Source: Vicugna vicugna (taxonomy: Eukaryota). Taken from it: a DNA stretch of 64,000 nucleotides. Where the stretch lies: assembly GCA_013265495.1 (NCBI GenBank), contig MU058636.1, positions 10,267,066-10,331,065 on the forward strand, given 5' to 3'. Below are positions 52,564 to 64,000 of this stretch, in pieces. The position numbers were made by a program, and so were the translations under genes. Under the pieces are notes generated by a model, which was given only the letters and a program-made list of their open reading frames with translations, was not told the origin of the DNA and did no database searches. Positions within the stretch are counted from its first letter, which is position 1. Each line of letters opens with the position of its first letter.

Positions 52564-53040
52564 TGAGGTGGGAAGCCCCATGAAAGAGACAGCAGGGCCC
52601 CCACCCTCCTGCCAGCACCATTCGGTTCCCTGGCCCCGAGACATTATTTCACTTTTTAAACTCTGAAATGGCTTACTTCTAAGAAAGCAGAACTTATCCC
52701 TAAGATTCTATTGGTTCCCTGAGCTAATTCTTGATTGGTCCATTTCCCTCATTACTGATTGGTCCATTTCTACAAAGCTTGTTCCTAATTAGTCACCTTT
52801 GTTATACCTTATTTGCATATGATGTTACAAAATGTTTCTAAGTCTAAACTGGTAGCCAATAAAACCCTGTGTAAACCTACAGATGGGGTCCAGAGCTTGG
52901 AGTGTTAACTCCTCTGGGCCCACTGGTGTAATAAACTGGAGTTCTCCAACTCTCCAAGTGCTGCTTGGTCTCTCATCCGGATCCAGGTTACTGTCACAAC
53001 TGAGCTATAACACTGAGCTGTAACACGCTTTTCTGCAACA
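52564..53040 (+). mobile_element. Solo LTR, probably ERV1 class
   Basis: TG...CA ends (tgaggtggg ... tgcaaca), near-TSD aagt/aggt, repeated gattggtccatttc, octamer, AATAAA at 52930-52935 and tandem ctgagct(a/g)taaca near the 3' end. Left boundary less certain. Confidence 0.8.
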
Positions 53041-54454
53041 AGGTAAAGAAAAGTGAAAATTTAACTTTTTGTTGTTTGCTACTTTTCCAAACAGCAATTT
53101 ATTATATAAAGAATCTTCTAGCATTCCAGTAAAACTTACCCCAATATAACAAAAATCCAGGACTTTGGATCCTTCTCTGACATCCTTCTTTGCTTCTTGA
53201 TTAGATGTTTCACAGGCTTTCAAGTGAAACTCAACAGTTGGCTCCAAGATCATTTAGGTGTAGCTAGACAAGGTGAGTGGCCCTATCACCATTACAGAGC
53301 ACTGCCTATAATGAGATCCCCTCAGACAAGGGCTCACTGGACAACAACCCACAACTGGTTAATACTAAAATGATCCAAGATCTCCTAATTTCTCCGAATT
53401 TGGAGACGATTTAGGGAAAACTCCTCCCTAAAAATGGGAGGATAAAAAAAGGTAATAGTTCATAAAGGGGTATCTTCTGTTTGAAGGGCCCCCAAGAGAG
53501 CTACACCATTATCAAGTGAGCAGCAATATACATCCAAATGTATTCACAAGTTCACCTCCAAGTCCTTGAACGTGGAATCTGACTCCTTCTTGAACAGTTA
53601 ATGATAGTGCACAAAAAACCCACGAGGGTCACCTCTATGTTCTTCTGGAGTTTCAGGAGGTCCATGAGAGCAGAAGGAGCTAAGCAGAAGACAAGCCATT
53701 TAGGGTGGAGGAGGAAGAGAAGGAAGGGGGGGTTGGTGTTAGAAGCAGGGGCAGAAGTGGCCCTGGGTCATGAACAGCTGGTTGGAGAGGGTGGAAATGG
53801 GCTGGGAGCATCTCTGGAGTGTTGGGATCCAATGCTTTTATTTCGAGGGTGAGGAAATTGAGGCTATGATCACAAAGCCAGTTAAGTGACAGGAATAGGA
53901 CCAGGTTGCCTAAGTCTCACCGCTGAGAAGGCAAGATGCAAGGCCAATAAATGAAGAGGTTGGAACTGCATGGTTTGGAGCACCTTTCTCCGTGTTCACC
54001 TCACACTCCCCTCCAAGGAAGAACACTGAATGAAAGCAGCAGAGAAGGGGTGCATGCAGGAGGAGGAGGGGCCATCTGGACGATATGATTAGTTAACGGG
54101 CTTCTATCTTCAATGATAGCTACCATCAGGTATATTTGTAATTAGGCTCTGATTTTTATACTCTTACGAGGCCAAGATCAACTCTTCTCCCCACATAAAG
54201 GAATGCCCTACTAGCTTTGCATTACAAATAGAGAAAACTTAGATGGAGTGATTAAGAGGTTGAATAAATAAGACACTGCTAGAAATGGTAAAATACCCCT
54301 TTGATGCTAAACAGCTATACTTGAGACTTCTGTTCTTTAGGGACTGGCTCTAAAAATATAAGATTATATTCCTGAAACAGGCTTTGCAGAGAAGGAAAAA
54401 ACCTCTATTCAGTAAGTTTAACCATTAACTTGGAGGGGGGTGAGTACCATAAAA

Positions 54455-54615
54455 TCCAATACTTCTCATGTTAAACACGCACAGGAATCACCAGGGATCT
54501 TATCAAAATGCAGGCTCTGATTCCATATGCCTAGGATCACGCCTGAGATTCCAGCAAGTTCCCCAGTGATGCTAATGCCACTAGCCCAGCCCATGGATCA
54601 TACTTTAAACCACAA
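54455..54615. mobile_element. MER5A-like DNA transposon
   Basis: gaatcaccagggatcttatcaaaatgcaggctctgattc...cctgagattc...caagttccccagtgatgctaatgc...catacttt. Confidence 0.75.
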
Positions 54616-57537
54616 GACCATTAAAAAAAAAAAAAAGGGTACAAAAGCCACATTTCAAGGTATGTTTATCTCACAACTTAGACTGCTGGCTACAAAACAG
54701 TGACATGACATGTGAGTCTTTTTCCTTCTGAGTGATAGGCTCTGCAGAAATGGCAACATAACTTCTTTTCTAGGAGGGGGAAGGGGTTCGAGTCTAACAA
54801 GTAAGCATAAAAGCATATGCAGTACATGGCACTGTGATTATTTAACACAACTGGATTTGCTCTGGGTTTGGGACAGGGAGGGGAAATCACAGCCCGTGTG
54901 TCATACAACAAAGGGACAGTAAAGACAGGAGTTAGGGAACCTGATTTAAGTCCTCTTAGGTGGCCAAATGGACAAAGTGTTCATTTTCATGAAAGCTAAT
55001 CTTTCCCATTTGCACTCAAAATGGGCCCTCTGTTACTTTCCAGGAGTCCTGAGGCTTTTGTTCTGACAGCCCACAGGAAAGCCCAGAAAAGACCATGCAG
55101 CAGGACCACTCTAATCCAGGTACACAATTATTTCTACGATACCTGACACCATTTCTTTCCATGGTCTCACGTGCCTTAGTGGACATGCAAGCTTTCTGAG
55201 GACTATCTTGTAGTCTTTGTGGGCTAGTCCAAATTTGAGGAATAAAATTTTTAAAACTAGCCTTAGGAAGCAATGTGGCTTTGGAAATCTTGACTCAAAT
55301 ACCTGACAGTCACTAGTTACATGACCCTGGCTAAAGTACTTAAGATTTCTGCTTCCTTAACTATAAAAGAGGATAACAGCCACCTAGTGAGGTTCCAGTA
55401 AGATCAGGTACTTTGAGTGCCTGGCAGCTCAGTTGTTGGCCCAGTGAGGTTCAACAGCAGGAGTATCACCGGTACCGTTAGGGCCACCTTCTCCAACTAA
55501 GCCAACCAACCCCAATCCTCACTATACTAAACATACAGACTACTGGGTAGGCTCTGTTCTCAGCGAGCTTACATTGCAAGCCAACAACACATAAAAGTCA
55601 CACCCACTTTTTAAACATCGCTGATAATTCTCAACTTCTACGTACTCATCATCTAAGCACTGTGGTATTCAGAAGAGAAAGACCACATATGCACAACCAG
55701 CCTCTTTACTATCCCCAGTGCCATCTCTTCACTAATCCTGTCTTCCCACCACATTCCCCTCATCCTCATTCTGACAGCACAGCATCCCAAAGAGGAGGAA
55801 GACAGCCTCTCCTGTCACCCCATCTCCCCACTACACGTCCTTCCTGGGTCAACAGCAACTTGTCTCCCCCAGTACAGTGTGAGAAGGAATGGACTGCCCC
55901 CTCCCTGCCAGCTTAGTACCGACCACACAGAAAGGCTACTTACCAAAAGCAAAACCTTGGAAGACCATTATTTACAAGTAAGTGCATATGATTAATGCCT
56001 TAAAGTCCATAGTCTTTCCACATACATTATCCCAGTCAATTCCAACAATGACCCTGTGAAGTTTCTAGGACCACTATTCCTATTACCATCATTACAGATA
56101 AAGGCTCACGGAGTCTGATGTAAGAGACAAGTTCATGGCCCCTTTCTCTCATTAACTAAGACAGAGATCTCCCCAAGAAGTCAGTGGTGAGAACATTCCA
56201 GAACCATCTATGTAATTCAATTACACACATCTTTTCGACGGAGACCACTGGAGCCCACTTTATCAGCCTGAGCTGTGCGGCTCTAAGTTACCAGGATCTG
56301 TAAGTCACGCCCCACCATCAAGAGCCCTTCATCATACCCAGAACAATGTCTCCTGTGTCAGAATGTAAATAGCAATGCTGAATCAAGGTTGAAGCCGAAA
56401 CCCTACATTTTTCCTCGATGAAGGAAGGGTCCTACACTAAGAGCCTTCCCCTGAGCTTGGAAAAGTCTCTTTCAATGATTCAGAGCAGAAAAGAAAACAG
56501 CTGAGCCTCCCCACCCTCACATGTATCCCGAGGACCATCTGAGGGCCTGTTCTCCAGTGTAAGAGCTCTTCTCCTGCTCCCTCTGCCTACACACCCTTCT
56601 CTGGCTGAAAAGGCCTTTTCAGAAGGATCAGAGATGTGCTATAAAATCTTGGTAATAAAAATAAAATTAAAAGTAATTGAGTAATGTGAGCGTCTGGTAC
56701 TCCAGTCCCAAACAGAAAGGAATGTGCCTGGGAGCCAGCAGGCAGAGCCACATTCTTCTGGTAACCCTGTTCCGGCCGGCGGGCTAGAGCGGTACTGGGG
56801 ACAAGTCCTCTGACAGCATGGCTTTCCCAACATCAAAGGGTCAGATCATGTCTTCAATTTGTAACTTGGATCCTTCTCAGTTTCAAATCACAGACTGACA
56901 AAGGTTAAAGACTGACAGAGTATAAAAATCATTGTGTACCGAGTCAAGACTATGACAAGTGAAAGGAAATAACAGGAGAAAAGAGGCTCCCATGCAGAGA
57001 AGAGGATGGAAATCTACCACAGTGAGTGGCAGAGCGTACAGTAGTGAGGTTGGCTCTTCAAATAGCACAGGGCACAGTGGTGGTGATCCTGCCAAGTATT
57101 AAGTATTGTTCATGGAAGAGTCACAAACAGGGAAGGGCTGTGTCTCACTGGTGATATTATTCAGTTTGTCTATCTTTCTTTATTTTTTTAATTATTAAGA
57201 AGGGGTATTCACAAATGATAACGAGCTATTTCTCAATTTCTTTCCCTAAAAATTCTGGTTGAATTCACAACCATTTCCAGTGATACAACATTATTTACAA
57301 GAGGGAGCAAAAATAACTAATGAAATTAACCAGTCTTGCCTATTAGTATGAATAAAAATCATACAACACCAGAAGTTTAAAAGAAGAGTCAGTATTTTCT
57401 TGAATGTATTCTTTCAGGAATATTTACACAAATGTGGCTTACGTGGTCAATATCCACCCAAAATTGTGCAGTGTTTTTTTATGGGCTAAGCTGTTTTGCC
57501 TTTTATAATGTCTCTAAACTTGAATACACCCCTGACT

Positions 57538-57700
57538 CTGTGCTACTCAGAGTGTGGTCTGGGGACGAGTAGCATCACCTGGGCGCTAGTTACAAATGCA
57601 GGACACCTCAGGCTTCACCCTAGATCGAATGAGTCAGAACCTATGTTTGTACAAGATCCTTGGGTGATGCATACACACACTGAAGTTTAAGAACCACCAT
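57538..57700. mobile_element. MER5A1-like DNA transposon
   Basis: tgctactcagagtgtggtc...agcatcacctggg...gttacaaatgcag...ctgaagtttaagaaccac. Confidence 0.8.
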
Positions 57701-58284
57701 CTAGAAAGATGTTTCATTATTTAAATACCATTTAAGCCCATTTTAACAGGTCTGCTAAAAAAGCCTTCCTTACAGTAATATGCCCTCCCGTAAGTCCCAT
57801 CTATGGATGCTTTCCTGGTAACTAGAAGACTCAGGGAAGTAACTTCAATACCAAGCCTGTTGTTGGAATACTTCACATGTGAGGCTCTCATGTCCCACCC
57901 ACTCAGTAACTCCTTCCCAACAGGTAATTAAAATGAACCTAAAGTTCTTTTTTTTTTATGTATGCAATGTTTGGGGGAGGGGAATCTCTAAATTCATTAC
58001 AAGCTTTCCATGACACACCATAGTGCCACTATTTCTACTGATTATCAAAAACATACACAATAAACAAAAATAAAAGCAGGTATCCACATTAAAGCAACAA
58101 TAAAACAGCAATAAACATGGTAATTCAAGTGAAGAAGGTACCAAAAAAAGTCTTCAAGACAAAATTATTTGCAAAATAAATCTTGCTGGAGAAGAATATG
58201 TGCAACTCAATTCAGAGTGAGGAAATACAACTTTTGTCTAACTGAAAGAAATGGGATTTTCCCCCATATGCCAGTCTCTATCCT

Positions 58285-58600
58285 CAGCTTTTTAAATACA
58301 GTATTGAACTTAAGCCTTACCACCTTTCACAGCCAGGCACTAAAATCTGCAGTGTACAGCTCAATGAACGTTTCAACTTGTATACCCCTGTGTAACCACG
58401 GGCCCAGATCATTCCCAGCGCCCCAGAAGGAGGCTCTCATGTCCCACCCACTCAGTAACTCCTTCCCAACAGGTAACCACTATTCTGACTCCTAACACAT
58501 ACATTAGTTTTGCTTGTTTACTGAAATTCATACAAATGGAATTGTGCAAGATGTACCTTTCCTACCTAGCTTTTTTCATTGAATAATTCTGAAAGGATCT
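58285..58600 (-). mobile_element. Old L1M 3' end fragment
   Basis: agtgtacagctcaatga...tgtaaccac...ccagcgccccagaagg...ggtaaccactattctgact...catacaaatggaatt. Confidence 0.75.
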
Positions 58601-58689
58601 ATCTAGTATGGATAGGGGAAAAGGGAATAATGCCCTGCTAGGGGAACAGAATGAGCAAAATAACTAGGAGGGAGGAGAATAGCCTAGAG

Positions 58690-59350
58690 CATGGAAGGGG
58701 GGCTGATGAAGGAGTTTGTAGGAAAGGAAGTTGGAAAGATGGACCTTTGATGGTGGGTGGCCTTGAATGCCAGTAGATTGCCTGAAGGTGTTTGAAGGGA
58801 TGAATGACATAATTAATGCTATAAGGGAGGTGACATGTCAAGGAATTTGATGTCACAGCTTGGCCCAGAGTAGAGTGAAAGAGGAGGAAACTGGAGGCAG
58901 CCAGCCCAGTGTAGTGATAGAGGTACAAGAGATAAGGATCACAGGGAAGGTGAGGGAGGAGCCTCCATTTGACATTCCAGTGTGAGGACTGGAGTGGATG
59001 GAAGGAGTTTTCTCCAGGGTCCAGAATGAGACTACTGAAAGAACAGTGGTTAAGTGCTATTCAAAAAATAATGAAGTCCAAAAAATGAAGCTTTTTTGGG
59101 AAAATAGTTTTAGGGAGGAAAATAAGTTTAATGCCATTTAGTTACCATCTGACTTACAAATCAGACTAAACCTCAGGAGGAAGGATGCAGAGATGTAGAT
59201 ATAGGAGGTGAAGAACAAGAGAGCAAGAACTAATAAACAAGTGTCCAGAAACCATGTGTTAGAATCAAGGCAACTGAAGTTAGTGAGAAGAGAGACCACC
59301 AAGAAACAGCACGATATACAGGACTAAACCTTGGGGAATACTCCAAGAAA
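58690..59350 (-). mobile_element. Degenerate L2 fragment
   Basis: ggccttgaatgccag, ctggaggcag...ccagt, aggactaaaccttggggaatactcc; purine-rich. Boundaries approximate. Confidence 0.5.
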
Positions 59351-62300
59351 AAAAGAAAAAGGAGTATGAAAAACAAGGACAGGAGAAAACCCTAAAGATC
59401 ACAGAATATGTTTAGTAGCAATTCCTGCAACAGACATTCAATTTTAACTCTTTCTCTCAAGTATAACCATTGTAAATGCTGAAATCAGATTCTCCAAGGA
59501 AATACAATGTACTTCAGAAGCTTCATTAACCCTTTCTAGCATCTCACTAGATTATTACTCTGCAAATTACTGTCTAGGTATGCTAAACTTAGTAAATTAT
59601 TGTTTGGGTAGACTAAATAGTAGCCCAGTATTCTGAAAGAGTTAATGGGGCTTTGAAACTGTCTGATTTACTCCTAAGGTGCTTTTCATACTCAGAACTC
59701 AAATATACTTAGCACCAACGATTTAAATGCAATCCACTAAACTGGGCATTCAAATTTCTGTCCAAATTAGAGCTAATAGATTTTTATTTAGACTTCCTAG
59801 TCATCATAAATTCTAGATGATTAACAACCAATCAACAGTAGTCTTTCATCAAGAAATCTACTGCAAATAAAAGCTAAAAAAGAGACAGAAAACCTCAGCT
59901 CAGTGTCTGCATGGTAACAGTGTCTGGAAACATGAGCCTGAGGTGCATCTAGTCTGTGTATAAAATTATCCCATAGCTCAATCTGTCTTCCCTCTCTCTG
60001 TTCATCTTCCCCCTTCTACCAGATGACAATTGATAGATTTGTTTGTTAAAGCCCAGTGTTTGGGAAATTATTCAATGAGAAGTCCTAAGATGGGGGTATT
60101 CTTAAATGGTAACAATAGATAATACGAAAAGAGGAACTTAGCTTTTTGATTTAAAGCTAATTTTTATCTGCTCAAGTCACTACCAGTTATACTGTCAATG
60201 ATCATATTTTACATTATTCCCTGACTGAACTTACTCTATTAATCAAAAGTTAGCAAGTTTATACACAGCATTAAGCAGTGATTTTTAAAAGATAATCCAC
60301 AGAGAAGATAACAGGAACACTGCTAAAACATTAAGTTTTGTTTCATTAAAGAAATATAGCTCTTTTCCCTATTTTTCAAATTTTCTTTTAATGATGCTTT
60401 TAAAATTATAAATACAAATTTAAAGTCAAATTAGTTCTCATCAAGTCTCCAAGCAAATCTGAACAAATCAATCTTCTGAACTGCCCAACACACTAAACAA
60501 TGACATTTCACTAAAATGATTTTGAAATTCCCATTAAAATTCTCAGTGGTTGAATGGCTTTTTTGTCAGATTGTCACTTTTTGACACGCGTTTCAAAGAT
60601 GTTATTCTTCCTTTGCTATACAGAGTAATAACCAGGCATATCTTTAGACAAGCAGAGTTTCATCATTAATATCTTCATTTGAAAAATACTTGAAGTAGAA
60701 ATTTTACCAAAGATCCTCAGTTCAGACCTGTTATGCAATCTAAAATAAATACAAGCAGAAAATTCACCAACATTTTCAAATGTTAGAGATTAGAAAATAA
60801 GGTAACTAGAATTCTATGGAGGTATATATATTATTGTTAATAATTAAATTGCATAGCTTTCACGGCACACAGAAAAATTCACATAAACCTTAGCAAAAAG
60901 ACAAGCATTCTGGTTTTCTTTTTAATTTATTTTTAGTTCCACCATGGTAGGAACAAATTAAATAAAGGTTAATTTTTTTAACTAACCACAAATTAAACAA
61001 CCAATGCCATATAAGTGTAGGTAGGTTACTCTTCCTCCCCCTAACTTAGTGCAGGTGAATCTGAGCAAAGGAACAGGGACATGAACACCAAGGGACAGTG
61101 AGCCTGCACGTGTTCTCTCTGGCATTTAAATTAGTTATTTGCAAAAAACTAAGCCTGCTGTACACAGAGAAATTTTCAAAAGGAATAGGTATATGAGACA
61201 AAAGCTTTCAAAGGAAATTTAAAAAGCCTTCCTTCTCTTTCTTCCCAGTCTCTTTTGAGGACAAGAAAAAAATTTAAGTTCAAAGCATCAAACTTACTGA
61301 TACAGGTCCCTTGGGAGTTGAATGTGGCGGATTGGGGAAGGCACATAACCAATGTACATGTTAAATGTAGAAGAGAAAGAAATTCAAACACACAATATAA
61401 AAGATTATTTCAAACACCAATGGAGAGAGACTTAACTTCAATTTCTACCAGAGCTTTTTTAATGCTCATGTTTTTCCACTCAAGATCATGCGGATTGAAA
61501 AAAATATTTTAATTTCATCCCAGCACAGTGCATTTTATCTAGCAGGTATGGTTTACACAGCCTCAAATAAACTACCTTTGGCCACTAATTGCCAATCATC
61601 TTAAGGCTTTTCCAGGATTTGTGCCAGAAATTTGGGAGTAGTTTAACAATCTATCCTTTTGTAATTGACACAAGTAAACATGGCCCCAAATGCAAAACAG
61701 AATCAAAAAAATACTATCTACCTCATCTACCTGAGATGCATTATTTTCTGCACATTATACACATATTACCATAAAATTGGTACAGAGTTCAAGGTCTCAA
61801 TCTAGGGGCAACTCTGTGCAAGATGAGTAAGGGATGCATGTGAACACACACACACAACCACTCACTGTCTCAGTCCCTCAACAGCTATGCCAGTGTTAGG
61901 GCCATTTCCTCAGTTTTAATTGAAGGCACCGGCAATAATCCTTCAAGTCTCTTTCAACTTCTTACTACACCTATGCCTTTTATTTGCATTTCAGACTTCT
62001 AGCACGTGCTTAAGATAAATCTATCACTCCAATATAAGGTAATGAAGAGAAACAAGATGTATCCCAAACAAAGTAGGCTAGATGTGGCTTTTGGTGGTCA
62101 ATGTCTTTAATGCCACTGATAATTAAGTTAAAACCCACTTATTCAATACAATTCAAACCAGATCAAAACCCTAATTGTTCAATTAATCAAAGAAAAGGGA
62201 AAGTTAAAGTACAGAATTTTTAAAAACTGATATATAGGCCTTAAACATTTACCTTTAAATATATACAGGTAATAAATGTGCTTGACATAAGGTAAAATCT

Positions 62301-64000
62301 TTCCTTTGAGACAAGGTCCAGTCTTTCTTATAAACCCACAATGCATTGTCACTGAAGATTTACAATGCTGATTTCTTTAACGTGGAGGAGGAAGCTACTC
62401 AACCACTGCATAGCAATCTGACTACGGAATTCTTCAAGCTTTCCCCCTAATCTTTCATAGTGTCTGACCACACCTAATTCATCAGCAATTTAAGTCTTTC
62501 CAAAGTGTTCAACTTAGTTGTCCTAAATTAATTTTATTTCATTCATATTTAATGGATTCATTTAATATTTAATTCATTTTTATTAATTGGGAAAGAAGTA
62601 CAACTGCACAAACATGTTTGAAAGAACACAAATGAGTTCCAAGAAAAATATAACTGAACTGGTGTGTAAGAGGGTGGCACAAGCAGCCAGAGAGCTGCGT
62701 TCAACCAGGAAGGGGACATCTGGAGGGAATGGAGAGCAGGGTTCACGCATGCGCTAGTGAAGTGTAGGTCAACCAGGAAAGCTGCTCCCACAGGTGCTGG
62801 TGTTACCACCACAGCATATCCTCAACACTTAAGGGCCGAGTACGGGTAAAAACAGAGAAGGCTACGGGATCTTTTTAACACTTGATTTATCTTGAATGTG
62901 ACAAAATTAACCTGAATTGTTTCACTTCTATTAAAAAAAAAAGATTTGCCACCCAAGAAGCACTAAATATTAACATATTAAATGTGTAAGTTGAATGTTA
63001 CTTGTTTCTACAAGTCTATCTTCTGGAAAATCTGAACAGTGATATTGTGTATGTATGTGCGTGTATGTACATGTTAATTAATGTGCACATATGACCGAGT
63101 ATAACTCTCAATTATCTCATAATTAGCTTGGTGCCAGGTAATTTTTTTTAATTCTCTTAAGCTTTGGAATACATGGTATGGTCTTTATGGAGTTCTCTTA
63201 GCACATTTCTCTTCCTTTGTGCTCTCTATATTAGAACTCATTAAGAGGCCTTCAGCCCAGAGTCCTATTGGTACTAGGCAAGAACATCAAGACACCAGGG
63301 TGGACAGACACACAATCTGTACTGCAGATACTGAAAGGTAACGCCACTTAATCACCAATAGCCTTTCTCTGCTGTAACCTTTCTTCTTTAGAAATGTCAT
63401 AACAGGCAACAGGGCTCTAAACCAGACAGCTCTGTATCTGCTCACATACTTGTAAATATTACTGCCATCCCTAAAAACAGTCCTATATAGAATAACAAGC
63501 CACACACTACTAGGTTAAGATGTTATTCTTTTCCAGACAGAAACCCATAGTGTATTTATTTAACAATACAGAGAGCAAAACAGGTATATGTTAACTCCTT
63601 TCTAAAATCCATCTGGTTCCTATTTGACACAAAACTCTTTCTCCTGGTTCTTAAACTGCTTCAGGAATGCAGGTTTTGCTATGAATAATCACATTTGTTA
63701 AATGCCATAGAAACCTGAAGTCTTTGTTTCCAAAATATAAAAACTGCTACATATTTCTCGATTTATTAAAAATCAAAAAATAAAACTAGGTAGTAATGTT
63801 CTTCATCATTTACTCAAAAATGCAATTAAAGAAATGATTAAACATTTTTTAAACTCTGAAATATACATGCTCTGAGTTTGTAACAGTAAAGGACTTGGTA
63901 TCCCCAGGAAGACAAATTATGCTCAGTTATCTCAAAAGTCCTTTTGACATGCTTTTAGGTGGGCAAAATTGGTAACTGAATATAATTAATATATATTTTT

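Larger units (their letters stand above)
24632..64000 (-). other. FOXO1: FOXO1 intron 1 (3' portion; continues past the window edge)
   Basis: Acceptor on the minus strand reads ttCTAACatgatgttttgctttgcag|AAT, with AG at 24633-24632 and a branch-point-like CTAAC at 24655-24651. No CpG island or FOXO1 N-terminal coding sequence is seen up to 64000. Confidence 0.93.

Noticed and set aside
30237..58521. Forkhead TGTTTAC sites as FOXO1 autoregulation (30237, 34888, 45707, 46964, 52421, 58515)
   Set aside because: Scattered and about as frequent as chance in AT-rich DNA; one lies in an old L1.
1..64000. A novel multi-gene system, CRISPR array or prokaryote-style operon
   Set aside because: This is a eukaryotic single-gene locus. 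I saw no regularly spaced repeat-spacer array and no credible coding sequence besides FOXO1 and L1 ORF2.

Overview
Mammalian genomic DNA carrying the 3' part of FOXO1 on the minus strand. It contains about 39 kb of intron 1 (exon 1 lies beyond the right edge), coding exon 2 (24631-23280, stop TAA at 23296-23294), a 468-bp intron 2 and a ~3.4-kb non-coding exon 3/3'UTR ending near 19.4 kb, followed by about 19 kb of downstream sequence. The repeats point to a camelid: one tRNA-Ala-derived Vic-1-like SINE, young artiodactyl-type L1 3' ends, and no Alu, B1, BovB, Bov-tA or PRE-1 that I could see. The rest is ordinary mammalian repeat content (old L1M, L2, MIR, MER5, MER63, MER94, Tigger1, a solo ERV1-class LTR, microsatellites) plus one 25-N assembly gap. 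Only two ORFs in the track are credible: FOXO1 exon 2 and a 5'-truncated L1 ORF2. I found no evidence of a new multi-gene system. The best leads are local: an exact 47-bp templated copy, an antisense LTR with 24-bp-phased CCAAT boxes, an L1 truncated at the edge of its G-rich tract, a (UG)8 at the last splice acceptor, and a dense 3'UTR motif set with no AATAAA. Repeat family names and orthologue comparisons are from recalled consensus sequences, not database searches.
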